A stretch of DNA of 64,000 nucleotides from Okamejei kenojei (Eukaryota). Shown here piece after piece: positions 24,331 to 35,818 of the stretch. The translations under genes were made by a program, and so were the position numbers. The notes beneath the pieces were generated by a model. That model did no database searches and was not told where the DNA came from. It saw only the letters and a list, made by a program, of their open reading frames with translations. The stretch covers positions 18,228,001 through 18,292,000 of the forward strand of contig CM069164.1 of NCBI GenBank assembly GCA_035221665.1, given 5' to 3'. How positions within the stretch are numbered: the stretch's first letter is position 1; every line of letters starts with the position of its first letter.

Positions 24331-24360
24331 GGGCCGGGGGCCGGGGGCCGGGGGCCGGGG
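24331..24360 (+). repeat. (GGGGGCC)n G-rich tandem repeat just past the PIGBOS1 stop codon
   Basis: gggccgggggccgggggccgggggccgggg. Confidence 0.85.
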
Positions 24361-24364
24361 AGCA

Positions 24365-24586
24365 CTAACCGGCCTCGCCGCCCGCTTTACCGTCGCCGTC
24401 CGGGGCCCGAGGCGGCGCTGAGTCGTCGGCGCGGCCGCTCTCGGCGCCGGGAGCCGGGTTGCCCTGCGCCTTGGCTTGTTCCAGGCGATACTGTTTGTAC
24501 AGCGGCCCGTAGATGTACAGTCCGCCCGCCACCCCCACCACGGCCGCCAGCGTCAGCTGAGGGAAGGTCAGGCCGCCCGGCAACAT
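24365..24586 (-). CDS. PIGBOS1: PIGBOS1 mitochondrial outer-membrane microprotein, 73 aa (MLPGGLTFPQLTLAAVVGVAGGLYIYGPLYKQY...)
   Basis: N-terminal half aligns with human PIGBOS1 ([32 protein letters not shown]): LTF.QL..A.V.G.AGG.YI..P...QY. ATG context gcggccATG; lies in a CpG island next to CCPG1, as in the human locus. Confidence 0.9.
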   Translation of the reverse strand: MLPGGLTFPQLTLAAVVGVAGGLYIYGPLYKQYRLEQAKAQGNPAPGAESGRADDSAPPRAPDGDGKAGGEAG

Positions 24587-24660
24587 GGCCGCGCAGCGGA
24601 GGCGCCAACCGCCCACCGCCGCCAGTGCGCACGCGCGGCTCCCCTCCCTCCCTAGAGGAG
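24581..24660. promoter_or_regulatory. PIGBOS1 proximal CpG promoter with NRF1 site (TGCGCACGCGCG, 24626-24637) and a YY1-like motif (CAACATGGCCGC, 24581-24592) overlapping the start codon
   Basis: Exact match to the NRF1 consensus YGCGCAYGCGCR about 40 nt upstream of the ATG. NRF1 and YY1 sites are typical of nuclear-encoded mitochondrial gene promoters. Confidence 0.6.
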
Positions 24661-25914
24661 CGCTCCTCTATAATCTTTGCTCCCTCCCTCCACCAACACT
24701 CAATTCACTCCAAAAGTGGAGGAAGGAGCTATGGACCAAAGACACACAACACAAGACGCTGGAGTAACTCGTCCCAGTATCAAAGGACTACATTGACTTA
24801 TTTGCACTTTATTAATTTATTAATTAATGTATGCATTTAAGTATATAATTGTAGTCAATGCCTACTATGCTCTGTTGTGCTATGCAAAGAAAGAATTTCA
24901 TTATCCTGTCAGGGACACATGACAATAAACTCTTTTGACTTTGACTTGACTTTATTGGGAAGCAGAAAGTAAACAGAGTACGTTTCCCACAAGCATTTAA
25001 AACCATTTCCTGCTTCCACACTAAGCATTGCTACAACAGAATATATTCTGATTCAATCAAGCATTTTCCTAGTCCCAGGGAGAAAAAGGGTAGTGCAAGA
25101 TGGTTTCTCAGTGATACGTATCACCCCTTTCACAGAATTAAACTAAATAATTAAATTTGTATTTTAGAACAATACTTCATTGATCAATAGCAATAGTTTA
25201 CAAATGAACCCAGAATGCCTCTCTTCAAAGCTTTTCTTCGATCTCTATTAATCTGTTTTCTACTGCAAAAGTTACATTTTGTAAAAAAACATGGCCGAGT
25301 TTGGTATAAATAAAGGTAGAACTGGTTCAGCTCAATCGATAAAAAACTTTCCGTGCAAACGATATACTTTATTTATTGCATAATAATACCCTTCTATTTC
25401 CTCTATCTTTCTATCTTTGTCCCACCCACTCCCCTGACATCAATGTGAAGAAGGTAGACAAAAGTGCTGGAGAAACTCAGAAATTGACTAATTTCAATAA
25501 ATTAACATAATACTTCTTAAATTGATATGGCAAATTTATTAACAAGTTTACTATTCCAGTTTACAAGGGGTGAAATAGGGGGACCTTACAGCATACTAAG
25601 CATTTATTTTGAAAGGTTTTTCATTATGTATTTATATTTCTCTGAAAACCTACAAGCCAATCTTATTGGAGATGCGAGAAACTGCAGATCCTGAAATCTT
25701 GCTCTAAAAGAAAAGTGCTGGAGTAACTCAAGTGGGTCAGGTAGCATCTGTGGAAGGAATGAACAGGCGACATATTGGGTTGAGTCCCTTCTTGAGGACA
25801 TCAATTCCTCCAGCACATTGTTTTTTTGCTCAAGATAATATAATTTATTTTGTGTTCCAAGTCAGTGCTGGAGATTGTGTTGACTCAATCTTTCTCATTC
25901 CATACCCTCCTCAC

Positions 25915-26420
25915 ACTTGACCCATTGAACCCCGTTTGCCATTTCTTGGCTTACTTAACCAGCTGATTCAGATCACATGGCAAGATTTGTCAACCTTCTT
26001 CGTCGTCTATAATACCTATTATTTTGTGTCGTCTGCAAACTTACTAACCTTGCTTTGTACATTCTCATCCAAATTGTTTGGTTGACTAATAACAACAGGC
26101 CCAGCACCAATTCATGTGGCACATCACTAGTTAAATTTATTTTTTAAAACAACCTTCCACCATCAGTTTCTACTTCCAACTATCAAGCCAATTATGTATC
26201 CAATGCTCTCTCTGGAACCTGTGTTCTAAACTTCCTGACTAGCCTGTCATACAAGACTTTATCAAAGGCTTACTAAAATCCGTACAGACAGCAACCATCT
26301 CCCTGCCCTCATCAATCCCCTTGGTTATCTCTTCAAAAAGAACAGATTTATGAGACATTTCCCCTCGCACGAATCAATGCTCCCTAAGCAGTCCTTATCT
26401 ATCTAGATAGTACAAGATCT
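25915..26420 (-). mobile_element. Degraded CR1 RT fragment between PIGBOS1 and the CCPG1 3' end
   Basis: Minus strand reads KFADDTK (ttttgtgtcgtctgcaaactt on +) and has DFSK.FDK-like sequence. Confidence 0.7.
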
Positions 26421-27570
26421 TATCTCAGATATTTGTCTGCAATTCGTATTACTCAAATTGCAAGCCTTAAAACCATAAAATATAACAGTGCTACATTAGT
26501 CAATTAAAGTGGTATAACAATATTAGACATAAATATGTGCAACCCAATATCTTAATAACAAAGGGAACTAAGAATAGTTAAGACCTCATCTTAAGTGGAT
26601 TTTATTCATAAAGGTGAAAGAGATTAACTTGCAAGGCAGCTTTCCTATTATCTGATGTCTTGATTTATTACCACCATTTGAATTGTGATAGACGTTAGTG
26701 AAAGAGGAGTTTTGGCAGAATGTTGGACTTTCTTCAGTTGAATCCTGGAAAACCGCCATCAGCACAGGTTCACTAGTTTAATATGCACTGGTTGGGGCCA
26801 GGCTCCAGGTCAGGGGCTCTGAAACTTGTTAGGGATAGATATTTAACTGCAATGGTTATGCCAAAGTTGAAAATATTCAATAATACTATATTTTATCATC
26901 ACTAAATTAAATAGGTGTGTGTAGAAGCTAATTGAAAACTTGCACACAGAAGCCTTTTTAAAAATCTATATAAAATGAAATGCACTTTTACGCACAAACA
27001 TCATGAGGCTACAATTCCCTACTCGCAGACTTCACATCTATCAGAATTAACTCGCCCTCCTCCTAAAGGGGTTCTGAATTAGTAATTGCATATTGTACCT
27101 TTCCAAATATTCAGCAATACACCTCTGCCAATGGTACTCCACAGATAGAACCCACAAGTATACACTTCACAGATAGCAGTCAGGTTAGATCAATATCTAA
27201 ATATAGTCAAAAACAAAATGTTCATGCCTTATTGTCTTTTAATGGCTTCTGAGCTTAGTGACAGTGTTTTTCTCCTTTTTACCAGGTATTAATGGAACAA
27301 GATCATACCCAATAAATTCCTTATATATTTTGCTGCCATTCTAACATCTCTCTTTGGAAACAAGTTTACTTTGTAAATTAAAAAAGTGTTGAGCTAACTC
27401 AGCAGGTCAAGCAGCATCTCTGGAGAGCACGCATAGGTGATGTTTCAAGTCAGAACCTCTCTTCAGGCATAGGAGATGGTCTGTTGGATCAAGAAACTCA
27501 AATAATGGTCACAAAAGATTGAAAACCAAGTTCTTAAATTAACAAAAAAAAACATTTTGAAACTACAGAA

Positions 27571-27731
27571 TTTATTTTTGCGGTAGCTGCATCAGTATAC
27601 AGTAAATCAGATTCATATACATGTAGAAATATTGGGTGACCCCTCCTGGTTGATATATTCTTAAGCACATACACATTTGCCACACAAATAAAACAGCTTC
27701 ACAAATAAAGAGTTAAGCCAGAACTTTTATT
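27571..27731 (-). terminator. Two candidate CCPG1 polyadenylation signals (AATAAA at 27726-27731 and 27571-27576)
   Basis: tttatt on + strand about 640 and 800 nt past the stop codon, each followed on the minus strand by U/GU-rich tracts. Confidence 0.55.
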
Positions 27732-28368
27732 ATCAATTTTAACATTTTTGTTTGCCTACAATTGTTCATTTTGTCAAATGGAAAATGTAGATGCAATTTA
27801 ACTGATTTTAAAATAAAAATGCAACCCATCTCTTTATCCCTTGAAATCATAAAAGGCAAATATATATATTTGTGTAAAATTATTCACAACATGGGGAAGG
27901 TAAAAATGGACCAATTTGTGCCATGGAATTAAATTACAATCTTCAAAAGAAATTTAAATTCAGCACACCAATATTAATAATTTACACAATATGGAATTTA
28001 GGTTCACATGATAGCAAATTACAAATTTGCTAAGGCAAAAGAGGCTTGCATTTCATGCACATACCAGCATACGAATAGACTTTGTAAATGCATTAAAGAT
28101 CCAGCAACTTTAACTCTTACTTAATCCTAAACTTTGTTTAGCACAACATACTTTGCACAACACAACTGCTCAGGAAATCTCTGACCAGCACATTGCAAAT
28201 ATAGATGGAATATTATTAGCAAAACTACATCTACTCTCTTATTATTCAAAGTCAAATGAAATGCATATTGTTTCAAAACAAACGTCATTATTCTTAGGCA
28301 TGTACCACAAACAGCAATCAGATAGGTCTGAACATGTTCAAACACATACTTATGAAGAACACACCCAT

Positions 28369-28561
28369 TTAATATTTTGGATCAAAAGGCATCGGCCCCA
28401 GCTCAATTTCAACATTCGCCATGTGTCTTCGTCCTGGCTTGTTCCATTTGCAATCCCTGTGGTGGTAAGCCTGCTGGTATTTCCTTTCAGGTCTCTGTTG
28501 CCTGGAGCCAGATGCATGTTTAGAATTATGCTTTCTGTATTTATCAGCATCGTAAAGTGGA
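28369..28561 (-). CDS. CCPG1: CCPG1 terminal coding exon 9 ([12 protein letters not shown]...[26 protein letters not shown])
   Basis: tctttgcag| acceptor. The phase-2 frame gives [17 protein letters not shown], matching the long-isoform human C-terminus (MANLEIELGQLPFDPQY). The nine exons sum to 2589 nt = 862 aa + stop. Confidence 0.93.
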
Positions 28562-29951
28562 CTGCAAAGATAAAAATTATTAATTATGGCTTTTAAGTAA
28601 AATAGCCAAGACTGATCTATTCATTTGCAATTCCCAATGTGCATTAGTATAAGTGCAATAGGTTTTTAGAAATACTACGGCCACATTTCAAGCAGCATTA
28701 TAATAATCTTACTTTAGAAAAGGAGTAGATGAATGTATTGATAATGATTCTTTTGATACTTGGTCCTGGAGCATTGGCAAAGCAAAAAGGAAGGTTGAGG
28801 AGATATTTTATGGCTATCGGCAAATATTATACATATATATTCAATTTTCAATCTAGATATCAATCAATAGACCACCTTGGTATCAATCAAAATTAAGGTG
28901 GGAGAGGCAAAGTTTAAAGATGATATACGCAGAGGGTGGCGAATGCCTGGAACTGGGGCTGGTGGTGGAGACAGATTTGAGAGTGGCATTTAAGAGCCTT
29001 TTGGATAGGCATGTGAATTTGCAGGGAATGGAGGGATATGGATTATGTGCAGGCAGATTTGGTATTGGCATCATGTTCAGACATGGTGGGCCAAAGGGCC
29101 TGCTTCAGTTAAGTACTGTTCAATGTTCAAAAGTAATGAATCGTGTTCGTATTGAGGGATCCTAAATTATGTGGATTTTATTTGATGAATCCATCTTCTA
29201 TTAATGGATACGTAAAGCAGAAAATTAAAAATCTGCAGCCCAAACTGGCAACTGGATATTCAGTGCAGATTCCAACTGTCCAATGAAGACACTGGCTGGC
29301 CAACTGACAGGAAATTAATTGCAATTGATCTTCAATACCTCTTACATAGTTAAAAAGGAACAGGTGTAGAAGACTTTTATAAACTGGAATATGTCATGAA
29401 CAGAAATCTGGTAGAGTCCTTACAGTTTGCCAAATATGAGAATTAAGTCGTAGTTCTTCAGATTCCTTTGTGTTAATATTTCTGGAATTTTGTTGTCTCG
29501 CACTATTATAGCTGAAATTCTGTTGTTTACTCACTCCTACACCCAAAACATTCATTACAGAATTCCAAATATAACAGAAAATACTGGACGGTTGGCGACA
29601 CGATGGAGAAAGACATTCAAAGTTTCCGTTGTGGAGGAACCAAAATGCGAACTATTTCTCTCTCCACAGATGCAGCCCAACATGCTGAGGATGTCCAGTA
29701 TTTTCTGTTTTTATTTTAAATTTTTAGCCTCTGGTAGCTTTTAGTTTAGCAAATTCCTATTAGCTAGGATTGAATCAATGACATATCAAATCAAAACCCA
29801 ATCCCAAAGTTATATACAGTATCCTGCTCTATATCGGCCAATTTCAAATGGCGAGTTAAATTCTGAATATCAAGTGAATGTAACTGGACAACTTAAATAA
29901 TTTCAGAAACAAACAATTCTAAATTAACTGGATAAAAGAGCAAACTATTAC

Positions 29952-31396
29952 CATGGTCCAAATTGATTAATATAATTGTCACCAAACAAGTGCTGATAGA
30001 TGTATCCATCCAGGTCATCAAAACCATCATGGTTGCCTTCTTGGTGCTCTGCAATATCTTCAAGATAATCTTCAACATCATTAACAAAATCAGAGAATAA
30101 CATTTGGTCATGTATAAAAAGCCCATTACGGAAAAAACGGTTGATAAATTTCTCCAGCTCACTCCAGCGTTGGAAGTCGACCATCTCTCGTTGAAGGTAA
30201 TTATGGAGAAGCTCATGAAATTCTTCCATCTTGATGGGGTCAAGGACTTTATTAAATAGACTCAAAGATTCTTGGTGGGCACATTCAAAAACATCAGAGC
30301 AACCTTTAGGGCTCTTGTAGCGTGCATGTTTTCCCAAGTGATCATGTTCACCCGATTCAAAATTGTGAGAGTTGCCACTGCGCATTTTGTGCGGTTTCCT
30401 TGAATTGCTACCATGGAGCTCCTCATTAGTGGCTTGTCTGGGTTTATGTTGATAGGTATCTTTGTCTTCATGAACACCATGTTGTCTGCACTTGTTTGTT
30501 TTACATGGGTGTTCATTGTGACGTTGCTGGAATCCATGACGTCTAGTTTTTGCATCTGCATCATCACGTCTCTTATTTTTGTGAAATAATTTTTTTGCTG
30601 AGTTTTGGAAGTTCTGGAATGTGGATTTAACAGAATCAGAGAATCTCTTAAGATTTTCTTTAACAGCTTCTTTTGCCAGTTTAATCTTTTCTTTATGATG
30701 ACGCACAAACTCTTTGGTTGAGTTTTTCACAGCGTCAATCGTATTCTTAAATGATCTTATAAAGCCTTTAGATTGCTTCTTTTTATCCCTAGTTCCATAA
30801 AACTCCCAATTTGTTTTTGACTCTTGCTTCTTTGCTGTTTTCTGAGTTGCAGGGTCCGTGTTTTCTTCCTTTGATTCAATATAAAGTCTTTCCCACAAGT
30901 CAGAGCGTTGCTGTTCAAAATCCAATTTTTTCTCTAGCTCTGCAAGTCTTGTTTGTAAACCTTCTGTTATTTTACCATCTCGGGCTGTATTAGGCATAGA
31001 TTGAAAATTACTCAAGGTATCCAGTTCCTTACGTAGTGCATCAGTTATTTCTCTTTCTTTATCCAATTCCTTTCTTAGCATCTGAGCCTCAGTCACAAGG
31101 GTCCCCTTCTGTAGAAGGAAACGGTGTACTTGTTGTTTCTCTTCTTCGAGATGATCTTTCAGTTTCTGGTTTTCCGTGATGATTGTTTCAGCATCCATTC
31201 CCTTTCCTTCCAATGTCCTGATTTGTTCCCTCAACTTCCGAAGCTCATTCTGCAACAAGGATAATGCTTTCTCTTCATGCTCCAGGGATTCTTTCATACG
31301 CTGGTTTTCTTTGGCAAGCACTTGCTGCTGTGACTCAACAGAAAGCCTCTCATCCACAGTTTCTTTTAAACGAGTTTCCAAGTTTTCTCCTTGTGA
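29952..31396 (-). CDS. CCPG1: CCPG1 coding exon 8 (large luminal coiled-coil and C-terminal exon)
   Basis: ORF 29948-31381 has CCPG1 signatures FEQQRSDLWERLY, KNSTKEFVRHHKEKIK.AKEAVKENLK.FSDSVKSTF and FIHDQ.LF.DFVNDV.DYL. Acceptor tatttag| before 31396; donor TG|gtaata at 29951. Unspliced reading ends GPW-TAA at 29948. Confidence 0.97.
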
Positions 31397-31869
31397 CTAA
31401 ATAATTGTAATAAAAAGTTAAATATCCATTTATAAAGGCAATATGCATTATAAAGTCAGTTTATTAGTCATATTATAGGGCAACAAAATTAAATGGGAGC
31501 CAAATTCTACATTTCAATAACTATTAAGTACATGCTACATTTCGAAATATCCTTAATAGACCTATTGAAAGACCTCAGAGAAATTATTGAAATTCTACAT
31601 AGGTATCCCCTGCTGTTTACTAGTAGATGGTCACATATTTTCCAGAAAAGACTGTTTAGAATCACTGAAGCAGATGAGGAATCAAAATTTACTTTTTATT
31701 GTAACAATTTCTTTGGAAAAATGGAAATCTCATCTGTAGAAACCTTTAAGTTGTAGGTACCATCCCTAACTTGCTGGGAAATTCCAATCTCACTTACAAC
31801 AAGCTTTTCATAGCAACAGTCATCAATTATGAAAAACAGTATTTAAGAGTACCTATCCTAAAAGAGATG

Positions 31870-32450
31870 CAATCATAAAGAAAGCCGATCAACACCTCTA
31901 CTTCCTTCGAAGATTGAGGAGATTCAGTATGTCAATAAATACTCTCTTGAACTTCTACAGGTGTACAGGAGAAAGCATATTGACTGGTTGTATCAAGGCC
32001 TGGTTCGGCAACACAAATGCTCACGGACAAAGATTACAAAAAGTGGTGAACACTGCCCAGTCTATCATGAGTACTGTCCTCCCCATTAGATCTATAGGAG
32101 TCTCTGCCTCAAAAAGGTAGCCAGCATTAGAGACACACACCACCCTGGTCATACTCCTATTTCACTCCTGCCATTGAGGTGGTGGTATAGGAGCCTATAA
32201 ACTAACGTCCAGTTTCAGTAACAGCTTCTTCCCTAAAACCATCAGGCTATTAAACACTACAACCTCCAAATAGGCTCAAGTTAAATAGATTGGTGGGAAT
32301 TTTCTTGTCTTTGCACTATTATTGCTTGTTATAGAACTTTTGTTGTTGTTTATTACAATGTTACAGTACTATATTTGCATTTGTGTTGTGCAGCTGCAAA
32401 TAAGAATTTCATTGTTCCGTTTCAGGAGATTTGACAATAAAAAACTCTTG
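31870..32450 (+). mobile_element. Rex1/Babar LINE 3' fragment
   Basis: LYFLRRLRRF..S..TLLNFYRCT.ESILTGCI.AWFGN...LQKVVNTAQSI; a similar 3' end occurs at ~18300-18680. Confidence 0.75.
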
Positions 32451-33204
32451 AAAATAATTTAATATTTTATCGGTAACACATCACTCCTCCGAGCATAGAT
32501 AAATACTTTTGAGAGAAAGTGCTTCACCAGGTCATCTAGGAACACATTCTGGATGGCAAATGTATATTGCCATCTATGTACTTTTGTACTCTGTATTCAG
32601 TCATCCACAGAATGCCACGTCGTATCCAAGCAAATAATCTTACAAACTAACATTTGTAGAAATGTAATGACTTCATTGTCCTGAATGGAATCAATTTACA
32701 CTTGTTCTAAAAAGCCTTCTGATATCACAATAATGATGCCAAAATATAAATATTCACTGCATTGTCTAAACTAGAACAAACAGAAGCATTGACCCTAATA
32801 TTTTTTGTTTTATATCATTGTAGATGTGAGAAAGTAATCTAAATGCATCTTAGAATAGAGGGGAGAGTTAAAGAATAATATTGAATAGAGATGGAGAAGA
32901 ATTAGAAAGTAATTTATGCATATTAATTATACTTAAAGTGAATGGGTGGATTGTTCATGATGACATCATTGATGAATTGCATTACACATGGCAAGTATCT
33001 GCTAATTTCACATATACATAAATGCTTCACGGTTTCTGTAATCTGAAGAGTTTTCTCTGTGGTCTTCTGTCAGGGGTTGTGGGGAGAAGGCAGGTGAATG
33101 GGATTAAGAGGGAAAGATAGATCAGCCATCATTGAATGACGGAATAGACCTGATGGGCCGAATGGCCTAATTCTGCTCCGATCACTTATGAACTTACGAA
33201 AAAC

Positions 33205-33550
33205 TTTGTCATGGTGGAGAGGCTTGCATGTGTCTAAGATCTTGGGAGCCGAGCCATTTGGAGAATGGGGTCAGCCATGGCAGGCAGTTTGAGGGGGAGG
33301 TTCCTGACCAAGCAGAGATTAACTCCTAACAGTCCATGGAGTTGGACCCGGGTAGGTATCTGTCAAGGATGGTGTGGTGGATGTTCATGCATCAGTCTCT
33401 GCATGTTAAAAGATGTGTGTCACAGGCATCCACCTGGAGGGATATACTGCAATAAAGTCTGTGGCTCTGGAATCAGTATTTTCAGCCATCTCAAGACCCA
33501 CAGAAAGGATCCACCAGGACACCAACACCCGACGAACAATCGATTATGAT
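33205..33550 (+). mobile_element. Internally deleted RTE-clade element (5'UTR joined to 3' end)
   Basis: 5' ttgtcatggtggagaggcttgc..tgtct..gatc resembles RTE 5'UTRs; the 3' part encodes YCNKVCGSGISIFSHLKTH, like the RTE C-terminal C2H2 motif. Confidence 0.5.
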
Positions 33551-33735
33551 CTGAACAGTAGCACAAAACTAATTATTCAGGGTTGTTTGCTGGAAGTTTT
33601 GGTCAATCTGGAGAATACTGACACACCCAGTATTTAAAACATAATATTTGTTAACATTTTACTAATTTCAGTACAAATAATGTGCTTTATATTATATCAA
33701 GAAAAGCAATGCAGGTATCCAAGAGCAGTTAGTAC

Positions 33736-33861
33736 CTGAAGTTCTGCTTGTTTTTGTTTCAGTTGCTGATTCTCCCTTTTCATTTTATCCATTTGTTCAG
33801 TCAGTGTAAGAAGCATGTCAGGATCTTCCTTTTTTTCTTCCAAAAAATCTTCAGTTCCATC
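33736..33861 (-). CDS. CCPG1: CCPG1 coding exon 7, in-frame 42-aa coiled-coil exon (DGTEDFLEEKKEDPDMLLTLTEQMDKMKRENQQLKQKQAELQ)
   Basis: aaattag| acceptor, CAG|gtact donor; 126 nt, phase 0-0, stop-free, heptad-like composition. I do not recall an equivalent in the canonical human protein. Confidence 0.75.
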
Positions 33862-33974
33862 CTAATTTACAACGGGATATCTATAAATATTAGTGAAGCT
33901 AACATAATGAATTATATTTATTACCATTAAAATTGCAAATTATTTTGGTGTCATCTTATTTATTTCCCTAACTG

Positions 33975-34450
33975 GCTCTGGAGAGGGTCCAGAGGAGGTT
34001 TACAAGAATGATCCCAGGATCAGTAGGTTAACCTATGATCAGCGTTTGTCGCCACTGGGCCTGTACTCGCTGGAGTTTAGAAGATTGAAACATACAGAAT
34101 GGTGAAAGATTTGGATAGAGTGGATGTGGAGATGATGTTTCCACTAGTGGGAGAGTCTAGGACTAGAGGTCATAGCCTCAGAATTAAAGGATGTTCTTTT
34201 ATGAAGGAGATGAGGAGAAACATCCTTAGTCAGAAGATGGTAAATCTGTGGAATTCTTTGCCACAGAAGACTGTGGAGGCCAAGTCAGTGGATATTTTTT
34301 AAGGCAGAGATAGATAAGATTCGTGATGAGTACAGGTGCCAAAGTTATGGGGAGAAGGCAGGAGAATGGGGTTAGGAGGGTGATAGATCAGCCATGATTG
34401 AACAGTGGAGTAGACTTGATGCGCCAAATGGCCTAATTCTACTCCTATCA
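33975..34450 (+). mobile_element. CR1/HER1 LINE 3' fragment
   Basis: LERVQRRFTRMIPG...DRVDVE.MFPLVGESRTRGHSLRIKG...NLWNSLPQK. Confidence 0.85.
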
Positions 34451-35696
34451 TATAACTTTTGACATTATCCCCCTCTCTTCATTCACTGATTTCATAGAAT
34501 GTATAATTACTTAAGAATAGCCTCAACAGATAGTATAATCAAATTATGTACAATACAGACAGCATGCTCAGCCTAATTGACTTCCAGTAGGGGATTGGGC
34601 AGCATGGTTTGCAAACAAATACAAATATCTTGTGCTCAGGATACTGTCCAGAAGAAACCTTTTTTTTCTCTCGGTATTATGGATGGGATTTGTCCCTCAC
34701 TGGGCAAAATTTCCCATCCTTTTCCCCTGAAGTCCCCAATGGCAGATTTCCAGCAAAGCAAATTTCTATTTTCCCCAGACAGGGTCATGAGGCAGCGGCA
34801 GTCTCAGCTGATCCTGAAATCCTAGCCTTTGGGTCCTTTTAGTTCAGGTGCCCAGACGTCTACAGGACAGCTAATTTCCCAAGGAAATAAGGGATATCCA
34901 ATACGAAAATGTATTGCGACGTTTCGGGCCGAGACCCTTCTTCTGACTATCCAAGTATTTTAATATGCATGATCAACATTCTGCATGAAACGTTCAAACA
35001 CATTTTCACATTGTATCTCGAAACTAAACATATTTATACTTGAGGGAAAATAGTTGCAGAACTTGATAAAGTCAACTCAGGCCAATTATGCTTTGATAAG
35101 CGATTGGGTGATTGTGGTAGTGGTGGGGAGGATCTGGTAGTGAAAGAAGACAGTACAAGCACAAACCTAGAGAGGGTGAAAAATGTTTGCATGAACTGTT
35201 AATGGTTAGACAGAGAGCATGGTCAATCTGGGGAGCAAAGTGAATAAGTTAAACAATCTAATTGCCAAGAATTGGAAAAGAATGCTTGAAAACATCCACA
35301 TGCCCAAAAGGCAAAGTGTTTGTAAATTCAGCAATTTTTCTCCTAAAGATTTTCAGAGGGCCTGCTCATCAATTAATCTCAACAAATTAACACATTTTGA
35401 AAGTTGCATAACAGTGAAAGCCACACAAAAGAGTATTCAACACTTTGCAGTTTCACTGACGTGTTCAGAAATTGTTCCTCAGGAGACTAATCAATTTTGC
35501 TTCTTGACATACCGAATGCTAATATACATTATTTATTTTTTTATTTTACAATTACTTATTTTTTATTTTACAATTTTATTGGGAGGTTATTTATTTATTT
35601 TGGCTGGGAAGGAGGTACACAAGGTAAGCCTTCCCAACCAAAATAATTACCCAATAAAATTACACAAGTCTGTGAAACAATGATTTAATGACCTAC

Positions 35697-35818
35697 CATA
35701 CTGTCTGCATAGGAGTCTTGATCCTTTTGGCACTGAAATAGATCATCCTTCATATCATTCAATTCTTCCTCATGGATTTTTTTAACAATTTTCTGCAGTT
35801 CTTGTATTTGGGTCGTCC
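35697..35818 (-). CDS. CCPG1: CCPG1 coding exon 6 (GTTQIQELQKIVKKIHEEELNDMKDDLFQCQKDQDSYADSM)
   Basis: Matches human GTIQIQ...KIHEDELNDMKDYLSQCQ. ttgcag| acceptor, ATG|gtaggt donor; 122 nt. Confidence 0.95.

Noticed and set aside
24319-24840. Plus-strand ORFs (173 aa, and 60 aa from ATG 24585) as a possible PIGB remnant
   Set aside because: Arg/Pro-rich antisense shadows of a GC-rich island, with no resemblance to PIGB that I can see.
28350-28550. ORF-track 66-aa minus ORF over the last CCPG1 exon
   Set aside because: Wrong frame; the spliced phase-2 frame gives the conserved [17 protein letters not shown] end.
35219-35683. 154-aa plus-strand ORF with a hydrophobic stretch
   Set aside because: The hydrophobicity comes from a T-rich low-complexity tract antisense to a CCPG1 intron; no homology.
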